Shown here: one piece after another, positions 1 through 5,897 of the stretch | How positions within the stretch are numbered: position 1 is the stretch's first letter | Layout of the letters: every line of letters starts with the position of its first letter | From: a phage | Strand: one strand, 5' to 3' | DNA: 50,633 bases | Sequence record: NC_102605.1 | Translations under genes and position numbers: made by a program | The notes under the pieces: generated by a model | The model's input: only the letters and a program-made list of their open reading frames with translations | Told to the model about the DNA's origin: nothing | Databases searched by the model: none

Positions 1-77
1 ACGATTTCGGTTTTCTCACCACTGGCGAGCGCCTTTGCTGCCTCGCGTAGTTTTTCGGTAAAGCTCATGTTTTCCAT
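1..77 (-). CDS. Duplicate 5' end of the 50122..50595 gene (first ~26 codons) inside the assembly overlap
   Basis: Same AGGAG RBS and ATG as at 50595, carried in the duplicated 115 bp. Confidence 0.6.
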   Translation of the reverse strand, partial: MENMSFTEKLREAAKALASGEKTEI

Positions 78-115
78 ATGGTTTCTCCTGATTGGTTTTG
101 ATGTGTGCATTATGC
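1..115. repeat. Terminal direct repeat, identical to 50519-50633 (circular assembly overlap or terminal redundancy)
   Basis: First 115 nt of the window recur exactly at its 3' end. Confidence 0.9.
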
Positions 116-140
116 TTATGTGCTGGCGCATAGTCAAAGT
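105..140 (-). promoter_or_regulatory. Sigma70-type promoter TTGACT-17-CATAAT reading leftwards into the gene whose 5' end is at 77 / 50595
   Basis: Plus strand shows agtcaa (about 132-137) and attatg (about 109-114) with a 17-bp spacer; RBS and ATG follow about 30 nt downstream on the minus strand. Confidence 0.6.
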
Positions 141-574
141 TTTTTCTGTTGTTCTTATGTATACAATCAGAATATTGTTCTGTTTAGACGCCTTTTTGTG
201 TTTATTGCCTTTGATTTCAATGTTTTGCAGCGCGTTTTCAAAAACTACGCCGATTTCGGAACATACCCATATATATACATATACCCTGGAGCATACACAT
301 AACCATATAAAGTTAGAAAATATACGTGGGGTATCCCTATATATAGAGAACAAGCTAAACAAATAGAAACTTTTATAGATATATAAATAAAATTATCTTA
401 CTTTTTAGTATGTTATATGGTGATTCATTGTTGTTTTCTGTTTCGCTTTTTTACGGAAGGTAAACCCGTGAACATCGTGGAACGTTTTAGACAACGCGCA
501 AGACAGGGTGTGATGTTTTGCGGAAAAGTTTTCACGAGATCGGCAATGTGCAATCATTTCTACTCTCTCGCTAC

Positions 575-624
575 TCAAATCTAATCAAATCTAATCAAAT
601 CACATCACATCAACTCACACATCA
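575..624. repeat. Five tandem 10-bp units (TCAAATCTAA x2, TCAAATCACA, TCACATCAAC, TCACACATCA)
   Basis: Direct repeats with helical periodicity in a non-coding region. Confidence 0.7.
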
Positions 625-632
625 ATCATCAA

Positions 633-670
633 CGTGATCATATTGTGATCGCATAACGTGATCGTGAATC
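633..670. repeat. Clustered GTGATC / GTGAATC direct repeats (4 copies)
   Basis: cgtgatc, tgtgatc, cgtgatc, gtgaatc spaced 7-13 bp apart. Confidence 0.6.
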
Positions 671-699
671 CGTTCGATACAGGAAACGATGTGTTCATT

Positions 700-727
700 A
701 GACCAAACGGTCTAGACCAATCGGTCT
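700..727. promoter_or_regulatory. Two abutting 14-bp palindromes AGACC-N4-GGTCT; the junction forms a third palindrome GGTCTAGACC
   Basis: agaccaaacggtct followed by agaccaatcggtct, immediately upstream of the first dyad-motif cassette. Confidence 0.65.
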
Positions 728-734
728 ATCGCAT

Positions 735-756
735 GAATAGCACTTTTTGTTAAAAC
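735..756 (+). promoter_or_regulatory. Dyad-motif cassette (aatagcactttttgttaaaa), upstream of gene 812
   Basis: Motif, then tatgat about 22 bp after TTGTTA, then leader tcatcgaaacgaa, RBS and ATG. Confidence 0.6.
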
Positions 757-811
757 CAATCAGTCACGAATTGCTATGATTACTTCATCGAAACGAACTG
801 AGGAATTCACG

Positions 812-1246
812 ATGAAATACACAAACAAATACAACGGACAAACTTACTTCATCGAAAACGGCGTTGTGATGTTTGGTAGCGATGGGCTGTTTATGCAATC
901 ATATTCCAGCATTTCAGACTTCAACCGAATGATCGAGTTAGGCGAATTGGTTCCGGTCAAGCCAACGCGTGAAAACTTCCGAGATCTGGTTAACGAGGCA
1001 AAGAAAGACAATCCAGGCTTGCAAATCCGCTTTGTGGCATTCATCGCACACATTGGATTCAAAGAGGCTTACGCCGGAACGATACCACAACGTAACGCTC
1101 GCTTTATTCGTTGGATTACGGATCGAAAGGCTGATTATGTGCGTTTGCGTGGTCACATGGTTAAAAATGATTATTGCACTGGCTATCACAGCATTTTGGA
1201 TCATGACGATTTCACTGATTTCATTGTTTCCGGCGAATGGCTGTAA
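812..1246 (+). CDS. Hypothetical early protein (144 aa)
   Basis: ORF track 776..1246; internal ATG preceded by GAGGA RBS; no recognisable domain. Confidence 0.6.
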   Translation: MKYTNKYNGQTYFIENGVVMFGSDGLFMQSYSSISDFNRMIELGELVPVKPTRENFRDLVNEAKKDNPGLQIRFVAFIAHIGFKEAYAGTIPQRNARFIRWITDRKADYVRLRGHMVKNDYCTGYHSILDHDDFTDFIVSGEWL

Positions 1247-1265
1247 ATAGCATTTTTTGTTAAAA
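1245..1265 (+). promoter_or_regulatory. Dyad-motif cassette (variant atagcattttttgttaaaa)
   Basis: Overlaps the stop of the previous gene; followed by tatagt and leader cccatcgaaacgaa. Confidence 0.55.
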
Positions 1266-1321
1266 CCGGATCGGGGTAACTTGATATAGTTATCCCATCG
1301 AAACGAAATGAGGATTTAGCA

Positions 1322-1480
1322 ATGACTACTTTGATTACCTGGGAACACGAAAACAGCCAGCCAGTAACCCGCGTGTTTGAAACACTTAGTCAGGCGTATT
1401 TGTTGGCTAATCGTGGAGGATATTACAAGGCGCAAGTAATCGGAGAATTTGGAGAGGTAATTTATGAATTCCACGCTTAA
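1322..1480 (+). CDS. Hypothetical small protein (~52 aa), not in ORF track
   Basis: ATG 7 nt after TGAGGA RBS, directly downstream of a cassette. Confidence 0.4.
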   Translation: MTTLITWEHENSQPVTRVFETLSQAYLLANRGGYYKAQVIGEFGEVIYEFHA

Positions 1481-1748
1481 TTTCCGCAGTTACACGCAAA
1501 CGGTAGACTTTGAAGGGGTTAATATTCCACTTCCTAACATATACCGATATATCACGCGTGATAAATTTGGTTTCATTTGCGCGTGGCGGGAAAAGCCAAA
1601 AAAGGTTGGTGATGAATTCGGTGATGGATCTGAAATGCCGATCACGTTAGGTCATCAGCAAGGCGAAAACTTAACGGTTGTTATTCGCAAGTATCGCCGG
1701 AGTCGTACAAACTCAATAATTTCTATCTTTGGGATCGTGGGAGAATAA
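1464..1748 (+). CDS. Hypothetical protein (94 aa)
   Basis: ORF track; GGAGAGG RBS; overlaps the end of the preceding small ORF. Confidence 0.55.
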   Translation: MNSTLNFRSYTQTVDFEGVNIPLPNIYRYITRDKFGFICAWREKPKKVGDEFGDGSEMPITLGHQQGENLTVVIRKYRRSRTNSIISIFGIVGE

Positions 1749-1749
1749 A

Positions 1750-1899
1750 ATGATTTACGTGCTAATTATTGCGCTTCAAACAATGCAAGGCGAGGCGGTA
1801 ACAACGCAAGAATTTCACAGCAAAGCGCGTTGCCTGGAGGCGCGGCAAATAGTCAAAGATAATACTTTTAGCGCCAGGGCATTTTGTGTTTTGAAATAG
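1750..1899 (+). CDS. Hypothetical small hydrophobic protein (~49 aa), not in ORF track
   Basis: ATG after GGGAGAA; its TAG stop is the TAG of the next dyad motif. Confidence 0.35.
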   Translation: MIYVLIIALQTMQGEAVTTQEFHSKARCLEARQIVKDNTFSARAFCVLK

Positions 1900-1914
1900 C
1901 ACTTTTTGTTAAAC
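1894..1914 (+). promoter_or_regulatory. Dyad-motif cassette
   Basis: aaatagcactttttgttaaac, hairpin gccgga/tccggc, cataat, leader cacacatcaaccaatcaggagaa. Confidence 0.6.
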
Positions 1915-1969
1915 GTGCCGGATCTAATTCCGGCATAATACACACATCAACCAATCAGGAGAATCAACG

Positions 1970-2194
1970 ATGAACTTTGAACAACAAACGCAATTCGAAA
2001 CTGTAGTTACTGAACGTGACGCTACTCATGAGAAAGGTTTATTCAAGAAGGGCGCACAAATCACCGTCGATATTGATGATATGGTTGCATATCACGGCGG
2101 CATTACCTGGAATATCGCAGTGGTTGAGCCAGGCAAGAAATTTAAACTTCTGGCATTCAATACCGTATTTGAAACTGTTGAGGTGGCGCAATGA
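1970..2194 (+). CDS. Hypothetical protein (74 aa)
   Basis: ORF track; CAGGAGAA RBS. Confidence 0.55.
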   Translation: MNFEQQTQFETVVTERDATHEKGLFKKGAQITVDIDDMVAYHGGITWNIAVVEPGKKFKLLAFNTVFETVEVAQ

Positions 2195-2427
2195 GTCGTT
2201 TAAATTTCACCGGAAAGAAAGTAAAAGTTAAATCATCTGGAAAGTGCATGTTAAGCGTTTGGCGCTTTGATGAAGATCGCGAATATGAAATTTTGATGGA
2301 TAGACAAAATGACTTGCATATTTCAGACAATCGCTGCCTTGCCCTTTGTCTTTGCATAACTGAAGACGGAAAGCGGTTGTACGCGCTAGGTGTTGAAAGT
2401 ATTTATTCAATTGAGGTGATAAAATGA
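2191..2427 (+). CDS. Hypothetical protein (78 aa)
   Basis: ORF track; ATGA start/stop overlap with the previous gene. Confidence 0.5.
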   Translation: MSRLNFTGKKVKVKSSGKCMLSVWRFDEDREYEILMDRQNDLHISDNRCLALCLCITEDGKRLYALGVESIYSIEVIK

Positions 2428-2618
2428 TCAATAATACATATCGCGTAGTTGCAATCAGTCGCGCAAATGGTAAACGCGTTGTGTGCTATGAAGGTGATCG
2501 CGCTTGCCTGGCAACTGATACATATGAGGAATTAACAAAACGCCGCCCTACTTTTTACGCCGATTTCAAAGTGGTGCTTGAGCGCCTGGAGCCTGTAATT
2601 GTCATGGAGAGTGATTAA
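2424..2618 (+). CDS. Hypothetical protein (64 aa)
   Basis: ORF track; ATGA overlap. Confidence 0.5.
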   Translation: MINNTYRVVAISRANGKRVVCYEGDRACLATDTYEELTKRRPTFYADFKVVLERLEPVIVMESD

Positions 2619-2803
2619 TGAAACTGTTGCGCCGCTTTACTAATAAAGGCAAGTGCCGCCGACTCATTGAGAGAATAGAAAACGAAAAAGAGTATTTGCT
2701 ATATGCAATGCTTCATTGTAAAGATCAAAAACTGTCAAAAGATAGACAATGGTTTAAACGCTGGCAAAAAATGAGATATTGGCTTGATCAACTCACTAAA
2801 TAG
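2618..2803 (+). CDS. Hypothetical basic protein (61 aa)
   Basis: ORF track; stop TAG lies inside the next dyad motif. Confidence 0.5.
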   Translation: MKLLRRFTNKGKCRRLIERIENEKEYLLYAMLHCKDQKLSKDRQWFKRWQKMRYWLDQLTK

Positions 2804-2818
2804 CACTTTTTGTTAAAA
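2798..2818 (+). promoter_or_regulatory. Dyad-motif cassette
   Basis: aaatagcactttttgttaaaa, then cataat and leader cattcatcgaaacgaa. Confidence 0.6.
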
Positions 2819-2875
2819 GCGATCCGGTTTGTTTTGGCATAATGCATTCATCGAAACGAACCGGAGAATTTAAAA

Positions 2876-3157
2876 ATGATGGTATCAAAAACAACTACTA
2901 ATTTCGCTGGCAAACGTGGCATTGAGTTAAGCATTGAAACGGGTTACAACAAGTTTGAAGAATTTGAAACGCTGTGCATTTGGGAAGCGGATAATGATTG
3001 CGAATGGCTTTGTTCTTACCGCGTAAATGGTGATGGATCATTCACATGGAATGCAAACATTTATCTGAAAAAAGAAGTTATGGAAGAATTGCCAGCATTC
3101 ATTAAAGATGAAAAACATCTTCGCCAGGTTATCCAGTTTATCAGTGAGAACATTTAA
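2876..3157 (+). CDS. Hypothetical protein (93 aa)
   Basis: ORF track; CGGAGAA RBS. Confidence 0.55.
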   Translation: MMVSKTTTNFAGKRGIELSIETGYNKFEEFETLCIWEADNDCEWLCSYRVNGDGSFTWNANIYLKKEVMEELPAFIKDEKHLRQVIQFISENI

Positions 3158-3390
3158 TGAAACGTAAGCGGCATCAAGCAACGTGCCGCTGCCAGGCTTA
3201 CGATTTTCCTCATAGGTTTGGTGGCGGTTTGTGTACCGGAATTCAGATCGCTGAGGAAAACGTAGGCGGCAACCTTTGCCAGAACTGCTATCTGTTTAAT
3301 GGTGGCTGTGAAGTGTTAAAAGGCCAGGAGTCTCCGCGAGAATGCGCATATGTGCAAGAATTTATAGAATATCATGAGGTTAAATTATGA
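3157..3390 (+). CDS. Cys-rich small protein (77 aa), possible zinc-binding
   Basis: ORF track; 8 Cys in C-x2-C-like spacing. Confidence 0.5.
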   Translation: MKRKRHQATCRCQAYDFPHRFGGGLCTGIQIAEENVGGNLCQNCYLFNGGCEVLKGQESPRECAYVQEFIEYHEVKL

Positions 3391-3584
3391 TCCGTTATGC
3401 GTGTTATTTGGTTAGCAGAATTGACGCGAATGATAAAACACTTATTGCAACTGCTAATAATTTAGCAAATGCGTTGCAAGCGTTTGAAGATTACAACAGC
3501 GATCATATTAATAAAAAATATGGCAAAACAATTGAGCGCCAGCGTTGCGAGTGGGTAACAGAAGATAGGATCACGTATCTATGA
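3387..3584 (+). CDS. Hypothetical protein (65 aa)
   Basis: ORF track; ATGA overlap. Confidence 0.5.
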   Translation: MIRYACYLVSRIDANDKTLIATANNLANALQAFEDYNSDHINKKYGKTIERQRCEWVTEDRITYL

Positions 3585-3748
3585 CATATTTCAAAAACAT
3601 AAAAACCGGAAGAATTTACCGCGTAAACCTGCGTCATAAAAACGCTTTAATTATGAGCAAAGGCGGCTGTTGGGTTAGGTCTGCGCGTTATAGAAATGCA
3701 GATTTAACAGGCTATCCGTTTATCGCCGTAAACAGCACGAATTGCTAA
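3581..3748 (+). CDS. Hypothetical small basic protein (~55 aa), not in ORF track
   Basis: ATGA overlap with the upstream gene; open frame ending inside the next motif. Confidence 0.35.
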   Translation: MTYFKNIKTGRIYRVNLRHKNALIMSKGGCWVRSARYRNADLTGYPFIAVNSTNC

Positions 3749-3750
3749 AA
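3732..3750 (+). promoter_or_regulatory. Dyad-motif cassette (palindromic variant agcacgaattgctaaaa)
   Basis: TAGCA-N5-TGCTA-type dyad, followed by tatcat. Confidence 0.5.
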
Positions 3751-3807
3751 ACGATATCGCTCTGATTGGTATCATACTTTCACACAAACAAAATGGAGAA
3801 TCAAAAA

Positions 3808-4029
3808 ATGAAACTGAAAACTGAATCCATCATGAACATTGTCAAAGCTCACGGGAAAGTAGTTTTGAAAATGGATCGCGCTTCTGGATTCCATCAGTTA
3901 ACGATTACCCGCGTAAAAACTGGTTACGCTGTTGGCGAACATCCAGGCGGTAGAATCCGCCGAATAACTGAAAGTGATGCTTACGCGATGATTGACGAAA
4001 TGAGCATGTTTATTGAGAAGTGGGGTTGA
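3808..4029 (+). CDS. Hypothetical protein (73 aa)
   Basis: ORF track 3766..4029; ATG after GGAGAA RBS. Confidence 0.5.
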   Translation: MKLKTESIMNIVKAHGKVVLKMDRASGFHQLTITRVKTGYAVGEHPGGRIRRITESDAYAMIDEMSMFIEKWG

Positions 4030-4030
4030 T

Positions 4031-4255
4031 ATGGTTCAAGATGCTTTCTTTGCTCGCCTACATGAAGCGGAGGCGGCTGGACTTAACAAAGAATGGGCGC
4101 TTAAAGTTGCCTATCTTGAAATAACGCTTGATGACGCATTAGGCGCTATGGATATGGATCAAGAAAGTAGCGTGATGCTTGCTGATCCTAACGCAATAAT
4201 CAATGATTGCGGTTGTAACTTCGATCCATCTTGCAAGCGTTGTTTCCCATTCTAA
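4031..4255 (+). CDS. Hypothetical protein with Cys-rich C-terminus (74 aa)
   Basis: ORF track 4013..4255; internal ATG after GTGGGG. Confidence 0.45.
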   Translation: MVQDAFFARLHEAEAAGLNKEWALKVAYLEITLDDALGAMDMDQESSVMLADPNAIINDCGCNFDPSCKRCFPF

Positions 4256-4267
4256 GGAGTATTTAAA

Positions 4268-4345
4268 ATGACACCTATCGAAAAAATTTGCTGCCCAAAA
4301 CACGGCGGAAGCGGGGATAAAACAACATGCCCATTCTGTAAGTAA
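4268..4345 (+). CDS. Cys-rich micropeptide (25 aa, CC-x7-C-x2-C), not in ORF track
   Basis: Perfect TAAGGAG RBS 8 nt upstream of ATG. Confidence 0.3.
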   Translation: MTPIEKICCPKHGGSGDKTTCPFCK

Positions 4346-4454
4346 AAAAATAGCGGCCTGTTTAGCGTCGTGTCGCGATTTCAGGCCGTAGCCAATACAG
4401 TTGCGACACCTACAAACAAAACGCCTTACAAGGTCATACAGAAAGGATTTAAAC

Positions 4455-5150
4455 ATGCTTATTTTCTCACTATTTGATGGTTCTGGTTATGCTGCGTTGC
4501 CGTGGGCTGAACGTGGTCACAAAGTGCTGTGCTTTAATTTCGACGGTGCTGATCATGGTGATTACCAATCAGTGCGCGTGACTCATCCCAACATCGTTTA
4601 TTTGAATGAGTGGATCGGATTATCATTCCAGCATAACGCAATGATGCGCGTCTTTGGCACTCCAGATTTTATTATTGCATTCCCTCCATGCACTGATTTA
4701 GCTGTTAGCGGATCGCGTCACTTTGCCGCAAAGCGTGAACGTGATCCAGACTTCCAGAAAAAGGCGGTTGAAACGGCAAAGATTGCTGCCAATATTGCGG
4801 ATCGGTTTAACGTTCCATACATGATTGAGAATCCTGTTAGTGTTCTGTCGTCAATGTGGCGGCAACCTGATTTTATCTTTCATCCTTGCGCGTTTGGAGG
4901 TCTGTTGCCGGAAGATGATAAACATCCTCACTTTCCTGAAATCATTCCCGCTCGCGATGCGTACACCAAAAAAACTTGTCTTTGGACGGGTAACGGCTTT
5001 GTAATGCCGGATACAAACGCAGTATTGCCAACAGGGAACAACAATCCAGGCTGGCAAAAGCTCGGCGGCAAGTCTAAGCGAACAAAGCTGATCCGCTCAC
5101 TCACTCCGCGCGGCTTTGCGCTTGCTGTATGCATGGCAAATCAGAAATAG
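4455..5150 (+). CDS. DNA cytosine-5 methyltransferase-like protein, short, no obvious target-recognition domain (231 aa)
   Basis: Motif I-like FDGSG, PC motif FPPCTDLAVSG and ENV-like IENPV in canonical order; ATG after AAAGGA. Confidence 0.4.
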   Translation: MLIFSLFDGSGYAALPWAERGHKVLCFNFDGADHGDYQSVRVTHPNIVYLNEWIGLSFQHNAMMRVFGTPDFIIAFPPCTDLAVSGSRHFAAKRERDPDFQKKAVETAKIAANIADRFNVPYMIENPVSVLSSMWRQPDFIFHPCAFGGLLPEDDKHPHFPEIIPARDAYTKKTCLWTGNGFVMPDTNAVLPTGNNNPGWQKLGGKSKRTKLIRSLTPRGFALAVCMANQK

Positions 5151-5165
5151 CACTTTTTGTTAAAA
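5145..5165 (+). promoter_or_regulatory. Dyad-motif cassette
   Basis: Motif contains the methyltransferase stop; hairpin gccggat/atccggc; cataat. Confidence 0.6.
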
Positions 5166-5222
5166 CGCCGGATCACGTATCCGGCATAATGATTTCAACG
5201 AAAACAAAAGGAGATAAATCAA

Positions 5223-5585
5223 ATGGCTAAATTCAAATCAATCAAACTTATCGGATCTGATAACCGCCTATACAAAGCGCGGGTAGACGAAAATGATGAT
5301 ACTTTCGTTAAGTTAGATGGGAAATGGATTCACGCCAACTTAACCGGATTAACATTCCGAAATGTTAAGACCAAAACCATTAAATGCACATGGGTAAACC
5401 ACTCCATGCAGATCAAGAAAACTTTCAAAGCCGATAAGCGTTATCAGATAGAACAAGGCCGCGTGTTAGGTGCTGTTGCTGGATACGTGTTCGACGAAAA
5501 CGGCGACCGTTTCACGCTGTATCGGGAAGAAGTTGGATTCTCTGCCGCTGGCGGTGCTTATCTGTTTGAGGCCAAATACTCATGA
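5223..5585 (+). CDS. Hypothetical protein (120 aa)
   Basis: ORF track; AAGGAGA RBS. Confidence 0.6.
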   Translation: MAKFKSIKLIGSDNRLYKARVDENDDTFVKLDGKWIHANLTGLTFRNVKTKTIKCTWVNHSMQIKKTFKADKRYQIEQGRVLGAVAGYVFDENGDRFTLYREEVGFSAAGGAYLFEAKYS

Positions 5586-5830
5586 GTTTACCGGAAAAAG
5601 ATTACATTCCTCACCGTTCTGAGGCCATGCAAAAATACCGTTACAAGGTTGTTTTCAGTGCGATATCCTCATTAAAGGAAGGTGAAACGGTCTATCGCAT
5701 CAGGGATAAGCATTCATATTTGCTGATTGGTCACACGTTCCATCGTTCGCTTGAATTCGATACTAAAACTCTTGAATGTCATAGCATTATAGACGGAAAG
5801 TTATTAGCCAGGGTTGAGCCGATCAAATAG
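5582..5830 (+). CDS. Hypothetical protein (82 aa)
   Basis: ORF track; ATGA overlap; stop TAG inside the next motif. Confidence 0.5.
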   Translation: MSLPEKDYIPHRSEAMQKYRYKVVFSAISSLKEGETVYRIRDKHSYLLIGHTFHRSLEFDTKTLECHSIIDGKLLARVEPIK

Positions 5831-5845
5831 CACGAATTGCTAAAA
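5825..5845 (+). promoter_or_regulatory. Dyad-motif cassette (palindromic variant)
   Basis: aaatagcacgaattgctaaaa; hairpin gttgccg/cggcaac with tataat in the loop. Confidence 0.6.
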
Positions 5846-5897
5846 GGCTGTAGAATGTTGCCGTTATAATTAGCGGCAACAAGAAGGAGATTTTTAG

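Noticed and set aside
67-366. Plus-strand ORFs 67..366 and 105..302 in the first non-coding region
   Set aside because: They overlap the leftward promoter and the AT-rich upstream block, have no RBS, and translate to low-complexity sequence. Treated as spurious.
575-624. Tandem 10-bp repeats as a CRISPR array
   Set aside because: Units are 10 bp with no spacers, there are only five, and there are no cas genes. More consistent with iterons or phased bending sequence.
735-756. Reading the dyad motif as a sigma54 (-24/-12) promoter because of TAGCAC...TTGC similarity to TGGCAC-N5-TTGC
   Set aside because: The critical GG is AG, and the spacing between the two elements is off by about 2 bp from the fixed sigma54 spacing. 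A sigma70 -10 at fixed distance fits better.
1915-1935. Cassette hairpins as rho-independent terminators of the upstream genes
   Set aside because: They are followed by cataat and leader sequence rather than a U-tract, unlike the late-operon hairpins, which do have T-tracts.
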